Assembly (NCBI GenBank): GCA_002633005.1
Contig: NMRA01001020.1
Location: 1-64,000, forward strand
From: Phoronis australis
Taxonomy: Eukaryota; Animalia; Phoronida
Direction of reading: 5' to 3'
DNA length: 64,000 bases
Shown piece by piece: positions 12,740 through 24,211 of the stretch. The notes beneath the pieces were generated by a model. That model had not been told where the DNA came from. It did no database searches and worked only from the letters and a program-made list of their open reading frames with translations. The position numbers were made by a program, and so were the translations under genes. The stretch's first letter is position 1; each line of letters opens with the position of its first letter.

Positions 12740-14175
12740 ATTATCATTGATAAACAAGTACAAAAACAAACCAACAATTAAGCACATCCATCTATTCACG
12801 CATGCACAACTCAGGAGAGACCATTTTCGTATCTCCTACAAAGTAAACAACTGCTACATGGAGTTAACGTGAACAATGAACTTTTCCCATTTCGCAGAGA
12901 AGCTGTCATACAGAAAGTTTTTATATGCAATTAATTTTTCAGCATTATAGTACTTATCAGTATATGTAACGAACTTGTGAAAATTAGGTATATTTTTGTG
13001 ACATCTCTCCTTGTAAATGTACTGTTTGGCTAGTAGAAGCAAAATATTAAATAGAAAATCGTGCGTCTCATAAAGTCCAAGAATAACACGTTCGAGACAG
13101 TTGGGAAGCTGAATGCGACACTTTTGAAGTAGCTTTTCGAATTCCTTCCAGAAATCGTGTACAAGGCTACATTCCCAAAAAGGATGTGACATCGTCTCTG
13201 GAGCTTTATTACAAAAGGAACATAAATTAGAATCCCGAACACGGATTTTCACTAAAACGGCATTTGTTGCAATAATCCTGTGTGGTATTCTAAATTGGAA
13301 CCATCTAATGTTGGGATCCTTTGTAGTTTCATAAGTCAATGCGTATATTTTCTTCCAATCTAAACTATCTCCTAACTCTAGTTAACATTTACACTCTGAC
13401 ATAGAAGGTTTCTTAACGTCATTAAAGACCGAACAAATATGTCTACCACCAAATATGTCTACTACCAAATCTTTCCGTAAGTGAGTAATTGCTAAAGGCA
13501 TGCAAGGAGAGTAGACATAAACACTTTTAAATTTAATATGAAATAGACTTTTTTGAAGCCTTCTACAAAGTTGGTTTTCACATCGAACGTATTTTTCACA
13601 TGGTTCAAACTAACTAAATCACCATCAGAGGTATGCATATCTATAATAAATCTTAAGCCTTTTACAAACCAAGGCTTAAAACAATACCAGTGCCTCCGAC
13701 CGCCAAGTTACTATTAAACCACAAAGGTTGATTCAAAAGTCCTCTTTACTCGCTACAATTATTGTCTTGTAGAAAGGCGTCATACTTCCAATTACGTCGC
13801 GCCAGTAGGAATTACCAACTTGAGTTAACTTCGACTTAATAAATTCATCTCCAAATGAAGCAAAATTCTTTAAGAACGGATACAGTGAGTACAGTCATTC
13901 ACCACTTATAGACTCAGGGCTTTCAAGATATCTACGGGCCATGGCGAGTGTTAAAGCTTTGCTGAAAGTATACATATTAACCATTTGAAATCCTCCTCGA
14001 TCAAGTCCTAAACTGGCCGTAGTTCGTTTAACTTCATCATTAGGAGCCTGTCATACAAATCTAAAAAACGTCGTATTCAGTTCATCCAAGATTTTACTGC
14101 TGGATTTAATAAACTTGACAACAAAAAATTAAATTTAGAAATAGCTAATGTTTTAATTACAGTTACTGTACCAAT
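12740..14175 (-). mobile_element. 5'-truncated L1/Tx1-clade LINE, 3' part of ORF2 (zf-RVT region)
   Basis: ORF 12854-13339 reads WFQFRIPHRIIATN...CSFCNKAPETMSHPFWEC..V..FW...LLAKQYIYK. Degenerate upstream coding continues to about 14170, with AATAAA near 12737-12742 on the minus strand. Confidence 0.88.
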
Positions 14176-14852
14176 AGTCTAGTCGAAAAAGGGCCCCCGT
14201 GCACCCCCCGGACTTCAAGATTTCTTCCTGTGACAGGAATTCGAGCTTCTCTAGATATTCCTTGGTGTTATTTCTAACAGAATTTCCTAAATACCGAAGA
14301 CTCACAATCGCAAATGACCAAGAGCGGCTTTGGAATGTGCTCGATATTCTAGGAGATTACTGTTATTGAAATAAGTGGCAACACATTCTAATCTTCTAGA
14401 CAGTACCGCCGTCTCAATTGGCTTCAAGAGAGACGACGGCCATCCCTAATAGACCCTGCATTCGACGGAGATATTTCGGTAATTTATATCTCACAGTGAT
14501 TATGCTGTCAAATTCATTTTGCTACAAGCACATTTTGCTCATGGAGGTACAGCTAAGATGGCCGCTGATATCTTGATCTCTTCCCAACAGATACTCCTGC
14601 TATCAAATTTTTTTCGAACAGTCAATCTTTGAGTTGTCCAAAATCTGCACCAGATCATTTTTACACAGCTCGCCAAGGTAAATGACATCATATCTGTACT
14701 AGCTTTTTCTTGCGACTGCATCGTCATGCATTGCATATGAGCATCTCATTGGGGTGACCTCGGCGAGAGCCAGTCGATAACCTGCTACACTGCTGGCCCG
14801 TGAGGATTGCAAGTTCTGGAAACTTGGCCGCCAGGGTCGCTAGTCTCGTAAT

Positions 14853-16997
14853 AGCGGAGTTGCAACCGAATCGATTTAACGATTGCGCATGTCCGGAAAT
14901 TAGGGTACGCAAAGGCTATTGGGATTGATTAGGGTAAATGGAATGGCCGACTGGTTTGCACGACGTGTGATTTGTGTGCATTAAACTACGCTGCTGCATG
15001 TAATTCTGCCGCTATTCGCCCTAATAAGCGCCCATGCCCCAACAAGTGCCCCAACGTGTTTTCATACTTTGCTAAAGTAAGCGCCCAGCCCATAAACTAC
15101 ATGTGAAAAATGGCCTTACCTACAGTCTCCAATTTATCAATTGAAAGATCCGACAGTTCTGAATTTGTAGACCACGAGCCTCACCGTTATGTCCGTGTAC
15201 ACTTCAAACTTAGGCCGCGATTCAAAAAGAACGCAGAAGTTTTGCTGCTCTTGCGAGGGATGTGCCCCACTACGCGGGTCTGGACATTGAAAGAGACGCA
15301 GCGTACTTGTCAGCAGGCGTGCGTTCAGTAGACGCTAGGACCTATGCTAGGACCTAGCTAAAACCTAGTCAAAGTCACGTGCTCTCATTTAAAATGCACG
15401 GCAATATCTCACGTAATCTCGCGAAGTCTTGCTTTTTAGCGAGGTCCTAGCGTTACTGAACGGGAGGCGGGATTGCATTGTTTCTTTCCGGTACAGATCT
15501 TCTCCGACCTCAACAGGAATCCAAACTTCTTTGAACACGTGAAAACAGTGAATCGAAGACTAATAAAAAAAATTCGACCAGTGTTAGCACGCGGCCAAGA
15601 AGCGCGCGCTGGATAATGTACCGGCTGTCATCGAAGACATTTAGTCGGGAACTATCTATTCATGAAACAGGTAACATAGCGTCGGCAAATAAATATTGGC
15701 ACTAATTTCCGAAAGTTTGTATTACCGTAAAAAACTTTTGCATAATTTTTAAGAGAAATTACTTAACTAATCATAATTGGTGTTTTTAACGTCAAAATGA
15801 CCCACTGATAGTGAATACATTCGCACTCTTACACCCCAAATCTTCCGGAAAATAGCTGTTACACTACGGTCACGCATCCACTCACCCGGCGACTCAATGA
15901 GTGACATATCGGTCTTACAGAAAAAATTCTCGAACGTTTTTTAGCAGATGAAGCCAGCAAATGCTAAGCTAAATATTAAAACACGCTCTGCTTGACTGCT
16001 TGAGTTAATTTCTTTGAATACAATGCACACCTAGATCATTACATCGCATTTACTCTGGCAAAGGAACTCTGATGACAAGCACACGCACGCTTACTCTCAC
16101 ACACACGCACACAAACTTCAAAACAAACGTCACGTGACAACAACATATGTGTTCCTCCAGAGATTTTTCTCGTGTTGCGGGCTACAATCTAGCGCAGATT
16201 TGGACTTAATCTGCAGTTAATCCAGACTCCACAAGAACTTAAAAATCTTAGAGACGCTATTTGGAAAACTTGAGGATGATTTCAGGTAATTTGTTGAGAC
16301 CAAGCTGTATTTTTATTCAAGAAGTCAAGCCCTATCGACGATTGCGAGACCGGCAGCTACGCATTTGTCGGCAAGAGTTCGCCCTGGGACTTCAACACAA
16401 TTTTATGAAAAATGATCGTAATTTAACAACGAATTTGATAGCAATGCACCACAATTTTGTAGAAAGTAAATAATAATATTCTGCACGCTTTATCATAGCA
16501 TATAGTGTGCGTACGTTAAGTGAGTTGACCCAGAACAATTGATTGTGCAGAGGCATTTTCATCAAAATTGCTCTTGTTGGCTTGGTTCTGGTCAAGCGAA
16601 AACAATGTTTTTTCACTACCAACCGCCGTGGAGTATTTGTTATTGTTTCTTAGAAGGGAAATATTGTTGGGCAGTTTCCAAGACACGTTTTCGTGCCGCC
16701 CTCAAAATGAGCGCTGCATACTTTATGCTACGAAGTCGGAAAGAAGTCACGAAGTCGGCCTTTGCTACCAGCTCTACCGATGTCTCTGACCCACGTTTAA
16801 CGCAGTTCTTGATCCTTGGTAAACAGGTAGTAACTAAATTTTTTATCTCGATAACTGGTATAATTAGCATGCCAGGCACAGAACACGTATAACCTCCCTG
16901 TGGCCGGTTCGCCCGCTTGCCGACGTACTTGTTTACCGGCTTAACCACAATGCAACATTCTGACCCTTTTCCAATATGACGGCGTTGCAACTCCGCT
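14853..16997 (-). mobile_element. ISL2EU-like non-autonomous DNA transposon with a THAP remnant, AT TSD
   Basis: Perfect 14-bp TIR AGCGGAGTTGCAAC, AT on both flanks, and empty site CTCGTAATTGGAT at about 8525. Minus strand about 16900-16655 reads GGYTCSVPG/...YYLFTKDQELR*TWVRDIGR...FFPTS*HKVCSAHFEGG.K....CPTIFP. Confidence 0.85.
15317..15467. mobile_element. CTAGGACCT-repeat MITE (copy 2, inverted), nested in the ISL2EU-like element
   Basis: Reverse-complement match to 5242-5392, with flanks CAG/CGG. Confidence 0.8.
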
Positions 16998-18321
16998 ATT
17001 GGATAAAATGATACATATCAACGATTTTGTAGACGAATGAACTGATGAGCGGGAAGAAATCTTAATTAACCAAGATTGTGTCTGAGTTGCAAGGCTGTAG
17101 ATATCGACGTACATGTACACCATAGCTGTTCCTCGAGAAATAATAATGTCAGTTTGACTATGACTGTTTGGTCAGTTTGAGGCAAAACTTCCTGTGTATA
17201 GAACGCCTGTAGGATGACCACCGTCACTCAGTTGAACTCAGCTTTGCGGCCGTAATTCTGTCAAATATTGAAATTGATTCTAGGCTATCCCGACATCTCG
17301 AAACATAATCCGCCGTTAGAGCGAACGTTTTTTTATAGCATCAAGACTGCCAAAGCTATGGAAAATCATGAATACATTACTAATTTCAAACTCTGCTCAT
17401 TGGTTAACACTTAAGGTTTTGCAATTTGAAGAATTTGAGAAACAAACAAACAAGCTTACATCGTGTTTTCTGAACCCGGGGCCAGATCATCGTTTATTGT
17501 GCGTACTTCTTTCGTTACGGAGTCGGCACTTTGATGTGCGTCCATTTTCACTTATGAAGTTAATTCCGAAACAGAAAGATAAACAATGCTCAAGAGTGTG
17601 TCGTAGCGCGGGTCTGTAAAATACATGGATACTGCTCACCGATCGCTTTCGGGCGGAAGTCTTTATGTAATGTCAACCGAAGACGGCCGCCCTATGTTAA
17701 TATAATAACTTCATACGTCATATATTTCTATTTTGACAACTATGTAAGTAACGAATGTAAACTCTTTTTTATAAAAGCACGTCATCGTCCATATTTTCGG
17801 GGGACGGACAGGGTGGCAATACCTGTCTGTACAGTGAATCATATTATAACTTTACCGTGTCAGCCAGCGGAAAACGTAAGTCACTCCATGGCCTATCATG
17901 GTCTGCGCTTCAAAATTTTAAAAGCGTGAATCGCCTATGCACTTGCGCCTCGTGAGTATTTTATTTACGTCACTCAAGTAAAAATAAGACAAAAGCATTT
18001 GATGCAGCAGGCAAAACTCATCTCTTAAACAGAGCCGAAGGTCCACCGGGCCACTTGGTGAAGTGAAATGGATACAAGCCAAAACTGAGAGGGACATTCT
18101 TGTTCGGTGTCGTAGAACTAACCATGTCAAATTCCCTTGATACGTTTAGAAAACCGCAAACGGTCTTACCGTTACATTTCGCCAAATTGTCTGCCGTTTT
18201 CTACCCTTAGTTTTTTACCTCATGATGTCATGTACTGGTCCGAATTCCACCCAATGAACACAGTGAATGCTTTAGTTCAGGAGTTCACGTACATGTACTC
18301 AATACACTACTATATAATTTG

Positions 18322-18478
18322 CAAGGGAAGATCTAGGATTTTTAGTTGGGGGTCAGGGGAGAGAATTAGCCAGGATTTTGCTCGTCAGACATTTGCACCC
18401 CCCCAATTGCCAAATGGAATCTGGCAGAGTTTGGGGGGGGGGCACGGCCCCCTTGGCCCCCTTCTAAATCCGCCACTG
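18322..18478. mobile_element. hAT-like MITE (GGCGGAT family), 5-bp TSD
   Basis: CAAGGGAAGATCTAG...CTAAATCCGCCACTG with flanks ATTTG/TTTTG. Confidence 0.7.
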
Positions 18479-18662
18479 TTTTGTACATACTACACGTTGG
18501 ACAAGAAGCTGACACCCACAGAACTCAGCGAGGCGCGCGAATCCTGCTCTGACAAATTTGGAATAATGTCATAATAAATTTAACCAGGAATCATACCGTC
18601 ATTACCAAAGACCACTGCATTTCGAACAAGTAAGTCAAAAGGTCAATAGTAGTAGCATGTTT

Positions 18663-19221
18663 CATAGGCGGATTTAGGGGGGGGGGCCAGGGGGGAAAAA
18701 GATTTAAATGTGTGCAGTTTTAGTGTTGGGGGGGGGTCTTTTGGGCATTTGAAGACTATTTTAAATACGACAAATTTGTTAAGAATTGATGGCACAAAAT
18801 ATAAAACGGGTAGTAAGCATTACAAAAAGAAGTAGGTTTCGCACGCAAAGGCTGTGGACCATAAATAAGTAGGTCTCTTAGAAAGAAAGTAGTAGATAAG
18901 TTGTGGTGGTGTAGTGGTAAAGCACGCACGCTCTATCCTCCGGGTCGTGAGTTCGAGTCTTAGGTTCTTGCAGCGTTTTCTGTTCGACACGTTCTACGTT
19001 TTTTTCTTTTTTGCCTCTTTTGTCTTCAGGAATTAAGGAAAATGCTTGATTTTTAGAGGTAAAAACAGAAAAATTTCTTGGGCGGGAGGGGGGCAAACCC
19101 CCCTCCCGACCTCCCCCCAATTCGGTGCTATGCGCATCTACAATCGTGGTTCAGTTTGCGCAAATGCTTACAGCCGGACAAAAAGTTGGCCCCCCCTTGT
19201 GATATCCTAGATCCGCCACTG
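18663..19221. mobile_element. hAT-like MITE with 5-bp TSD, carrying a tRNA-like A/B-box segment
   Basis: CATAGGCGGATTTAGG...CCTAGATCCGCCACTG, TSD TGTTT on both sides, empty site at about 12293. Internal GGTGTAGTGGTAAAGC...GAGTTCGAGTC at about 18905-18960. Confidence 0.85.
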
Positions 19222-19840
19222 TGTTTAAATACTTCATACTGACACATTTGATCAATTCCCACGGCTTTGCTATATTTCAATTTCATCACTACCCGCTTAA
19301 CTTCATCGTGAGTAATGTTTTTATTCAAAATTCTACTGATTGTTGATACAGGCATCACTTTTGTCATTGGTTACTGTGTTTTGTTTACATATCACGCTGT
19401 TTATTTTCTTTATAGGTAGCAGTACATCTTTTGCCGCTGTGATTGGGTTTCTTTTAGTAAGCCGGTTCTTTCCAGTGGCTACAATGGCGTTTGCAGAAGC
19501 TTGACCGGCCGGCTATTATTACGTACTAGCCTCTGTATGTTACGCGGGTTTTGGTGACTAGTGTTTCTCGTGTATGGCGGCATTCGTTGACAAGATCTGT
19601 AACGCGAATCATGTGTTGTTCTCGGATGCTGGAACTTATATAATAAGCACAGACTGTTGGCCAAACTGTTGTAAGAACTGAGTATTATGGCACAGCATGT
19701 TGTACTTGTGTTTATCTACTAGCGAAGTTCAGAGCGTATAGATAGTTGTTGTTTAACGTATAGTTTCTTTCAGCTGCTTGTTTGGCGTATATTGCGCGGT
19801 ACCCGCTTCATAGAATAAATAATGACGGTCGCAGTTATTA

Positions 19841-21785
19841 AGGTATTTCAAGTGACGTCATCACTTTGTGTGTTCACCATGTTGGACGTGTTGAAACGTC
19901 CAGCTGTCGTTGTTGTTGCACGCTTGTGTTTGTTTTCCTCGATTTCTTTAGTCATGCCTATTTATTGTGTGGCGGTAGGTTACAGCAACAACCAGTCCAG
20001 GGACAAGAATTTGTCGTTTTATAGATTCCCTAGTGTAAATTCTGAGCCAGATCGGCGAAATAGGTGGATTTCAGCAGTGAGTCGTCAGAACTGGACTCCT
20101 ACACCGTACTCGAGGCTCTGTAGTGCACATTTCATATCAGTTAAATAATATTATTGTAATCGATGAGTTTATCGTGACTAGAAGCTTCCACCGCTTCCAC
20201 CACGTCTCAGTTTTGCATGCTTAGTTAAGATTTCCGCCGTTGTCTTTGGTTCTTCGAGACTCCTCGTTGTCCGACCAGACTTCTACTAGAAGCTAGGGCG
20301 CCATATTTGTCATATCACTGAAGGCAAGCCCAGGTTTAAGTTCCGATTAATGTCGTAAAAGTTAATACGTGGAATCCTAAACTTAAAAGAGGATTTAAAA
20401 CTTGTCCGTGCCTTTCTTTGTTGACATTTCTCTATTCCTCGGCGTATTTTACTTATTTGCTTTACTTCTGAAAACCGGTTAGTGTACCGAATTTTCCAAA
20501 CCTCATAACATGTAATTAAGCGGTCAACTTTCGCGAGTTGTTGCAATTGTAAAAAGGCATACCCAGGAATATTGTTCCCTGGAGTAGTAAAGAGAAACAT
20601 TGACCTGAAATTTTTCTATTGTTATTCACATGTGTATTTTCGGCACATGTAATCATTACTGAAACAATTTTACCGATAGCAGTTTGGAACTAGTCAGCTG
20701 CTAAAGTAAGCACATATTTCACTACTGTTTTTTTAAAAGCTGGCCTCTGTTTTTTGCAGTGTCATGTTTTATTAATTTCCGCAATTCGCAAACACACATT
20801 AGCACATGTAGTATGTGGGAATAATTTCATTGGTGCATTATTTTTAGGAAAGAAGTCCGATGACAAGCTTTGTCCCGACTACGTGCCCAGTGTGTTTGCT
20901 CACACTTCTGCATCCCAAGTTGAGAAAAGAAAGCAAGCACTCTCTGCATTTGAACGAAGATGCAACTCAGACAAGCGTCGCCGAGTATAAAAAGAGAAAA
21001 GGGATGCTGCTAACGTGCTGTTGGACCTATCTCGAAATAATGACGAGAGCGAAGATACTACTTACTCTGAAGTGACTACAATAAATGACCAAGAATCTGT
21101 TAACACAGTACCTTGTGACTGGGAAATTGTCAATTCTGCAAATGCTGAAATCTCGAATCTGCTCAGACAAAACGAAATCCTGAATGCTGAAGTTTTGAGC
21201 TTGCGCCAAGAAAACTTGTTACTTAATGAAAAATTAAAAAACTTGAGTTTGGATGAACACGATTTTGTGAACTGTGATGAAAAAGTCCTGTTTTATACCG
21301 GTTTAGCAAACTACCAGTTGTTAATGATTAACTTTTCAGTGGTGAAAAAAATTTTGAGGAACTTCGACTCCGTAACAAAGTTTCAGCAGTTTGTCATCAC
21401 TCTGATGAGACTAAGACTTAATCTAAATATTCAGGATCTTGCGTACAGGTTTAACGTAAGTTCATCGACAATTTCACACATATTTATTAGTGTTATTGAT
21501 GTTTGTTACTGTCGACTTGTCTCTCTGAACTTAGTTTTGCCAGAACGCCACTGCAGTCTCCGAAAGTCACTCCCTATGTGTTTTAACATTTCCTAAACGT
21601 GTAGTAGTAATAGATTGCTTTGAAGTATTCATTGAACGGTCAAAGGACCTTCAGAAATACCACATACTCCAATTACAAGTCACACGATACCGTGAAGTAT
21701 TTAATTGGCATTGCTCCTCAGGGCGCATTAATTTTCATTTCAGGGCGATTTGATCGCGTGACTCAATGACGTAGTTGAAATACCT
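19841..21785 (+). mobile_element. ISL2EU/IS4EU-like (PIF/Harbinger-related) DNA transposon, internally deleted
   Basis: TIR AGGTATTTCAA.T.ACGTCAT at both ends, flanked by TA (TTAA if the termini are read one base inward). It encloses a THAP-HTH-DDE pseudogene. Confidence 0.85.
19954..21742 (+). pseudogene. THAP + HTH + DDE_Tnp_4-type transposase pseudogene (2 exons: about 19954-20140 and 20848-21742)
   Basis: MPIYCVAVGYSN..FYRFP..RRNRWISAVSRQNWTPTPYSRLCSAHFIS|GKKS...DYVPSVF; FYTGL; LMRLRLNLNIQDLAYRFNVSSSTIS; [11 protein letters not shown]; [20 protein letters not shown]. It has stops, frameshifts and a mutated donor, and is truncated inside the DDE domain. Confidence 0.9.
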
Positions 21786-22915
21786 TAAAGGCACTATTTC
21801 CGCTTCACTTTTGTTAAAAACTTCATGAAACGGATCTTTACGCAAACACTTTTATTCGAAACCTAAGCCCAAATAATAGCCTTCGCCATGGCATCGAATT
21901 TTTTTTATAATGAACTGAATTTAATACAGATTTTTTTAGCTTAATTTTTCATTTTGTGTGGTGCACCAAGAAATAAATGAATGCCGGACGAAGTGTCAAT
22001 CGAAGATTCGAGTGTCGAATATGAACTTGGAGTTTCGGTTAATCTCAAGATCGTATACAGGCCTACGTGAACTCGGAATACCCACTCAAATAATCCCGTT
22101 CAAGCTACTATAATTAGTTAACGGGTGAAATAGGTGCTTTTTGAACCAATAATTACAGAAATTTGCTACATTGAACAAAATATTCACCAGATTTCTTTAA
22201 TGTGTATTTAATTACGACCTCACGCTTACGCGATCTTCAGATTAAAGTTCACGCATACCAAACAAGTAATGGCAGACGTTCGGTATAAGTTAGTTAGGTT
22301 GTCCTCCGTTGAAAAGGCTTGCTAATCGTCCTCAAGTTGACTATTACCGCAGTAAAGTTTGAAATGAAGATCAGTTTGGGTGCTGGACTTATCTGCGATC
22401 CCAGATGGCTGTTGCACGGTCTCATCAAGGAAAGATTTTTCTCGACAGGTAAGTCGTCAACTCCGGATGTCCGAGGCGCACTTGTTACAGCAATGCTAAC
22501 CATAAAGTTTTCAGAATATTATGGTAGATTTATTTTACTTCCTAACAGTACATAATAGAGCACACCGACATTACAATATTCCTGTAGTAAGATCCTTGGT
22601 GTCTTTGACTGAGAATTTTGTGCGTTATTCTACCGTTTTAGTTGCTTAACCCTCGGGCTCGGTTTCGTCCACTTGTGGTTGTGTCGTGGATTAATTTGAG
22701 CAAACAAAGAAGCCACATTTACAAGTGTTTCTCATGTAAAAGTAAGGGGACTCAAGGTAAGGGCTGTTGTGTCATTGTGTGAACTAAGACATAACAGCAA
22801 TCCTTGAGTAATAATCATTTAATAATCCTCTCTTTTCCGAATTCATGTTATCTTGCAGTGTGTATAGAGACTGACAGTCTATACAGCCTGTTATAGTGCT
22901 AGTCTTGATACTCTA

Positions 22916-23062
22916 CAGTGGCGGATCTAGGATATCACAAGGGGGGGGCCAACATTTTGTCCGGCTGGAAGCATTTGCGCAAACTGAACCACAATTGTAG
23001 ATGCGCATAGCACCCAATGGGGGGAGGTCGGGAGGGGGGTTTGCCCCCCTCCCGCCCAGGAA
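22916..23062 (-). mobile_element. Partial inverted copy of the 18663-19221 MITE, running into the gap
   Basis: Near-identical reverse complement of about 19075-19221. Confidence 0.85.
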
Positions 23063-24052
23063 NNNNNNNNNNNNNNNNNNNNNNNNNNNNNNNNNNNNNN
23101 NNNNNNNNNNNNNNNNNNNNNNNNNNNNNNNNNNNNNNNNNNNNNNNNNNNNNNNNNNNNNNNNNNNNNNNNNNNNNNNNNNNNNNNNNNNNNNNNNNNN
23201 NNNNNNNNNNNNNNNNNNNNNNNNNNNNNNNNNNNNNNNNNNNNNNNNNNNNNNNNNNNNNNNNNNNNNNNNNNNNNNNNNNNNNNNNNNNNNNNNNNNN
23301 NNNNNNNNNNNNNNNNNNNNNNNNNNNNNNNNNNNNNNNNNNNNNNNNNNNNNNNNNNNNNNNNNNNNNNNNNNNNNNNNNNNNNNNNNNNNNNNNNNNN
23401 NNNNNNNNNNNNNNNNNNNNNNNNNNNNNNNNNNNNNNNNNNNNNNNNNNNNNNNNNNNNNNNNNNNNNNNNNNNNNNNNNNNNNNNNNNNNNNNNNNNN
23501 NNNNNNNNNNNNNNNNNNNNNNNNNNNNNNNNNNNNNNNNNNNNNNNNNNNNNNNNNNNNNNNNNNNNNNNNNNNNNNNNNNNNNNNNNNNNNNNNNNNN
23601 NNNNNNNNNNNNNNNNNNNNNNNNNNNNNNNNNNNNNNNNNNNNNNNNNNNNNNNNNNNNNNNNNNNNNNNNNNNNNNNNNNNNNNNNNNNNNNNNNNNN
23701 NNNNNNNNNNNNNNNNNNNNNNNNNNNNNNNNNNNNNNNNNNNNNNNNNNNNNNNNNNNNNNNNNNNNNNNNNNNNNNNNNNNNNNNNNNNNNNNNNNNN
23801 NNNNNNNNNNNNNNNNNNNNNNNNNNNNNNNNNNNNNNNNNNNNNNNNNNNNNNNNNNNNNNNNNNNNNNNNNNNNNNNNNNNNNNNNNNNNNNNNNNNN
23901 NNNNNNNNNNNNNNNNNNNNNNNNNNNNNNNNNNNNNNNNNNNNNNNNNNNNNNNNNNNNNNNNNNNNNNNNNNNNNNNNNNNNNNNNNNNNNNNNNNNN
24001 NNNNNNNNNNNNNNNNNNNNNNNNNNNNNNNNNNNNNNNNNNNNNNNNNNNN
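23063..24052. other. Assembly gap (N run)
   Basis: 990 consecutive N. Confidence 1.
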
Positions 24053-24211
24053 ATGCTTCGCCATCAACAGCAGGTACCTATTCTAGCTTTGGATAATGGC
24101 ACATTATAGCATTCTGTAATGTTAACAGCAACAGAAAGTGTATTGTTTTTACCAAGGTATCAGCAGCCAATTGCCATCTCACGTTAACATGGATTTGATT
24201 TTATGTTGTAG

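Larger units (their letters stand above)
14218..19335. repeat. Segmental duplication copy B (paralog about 7907-12385)
   Basis: Same collinear blocks as copy A, but with its own insertions (14853-16997, 18322-18478, 18663-19221). Confidence 0.9.

Noticed and set aside
18903-18970. Functional tRNA gene (also about 55551 and 11505)
   Set aside because: A/B boxes are present but there is no convincing acceptor or anticodon stem, and the segments are embedded in repeats.
22913-24096. ORFs of 359-384 aa in the track
   Set aside because: They are artefacts of translating the N gap, and the left flank is MITE sequence.
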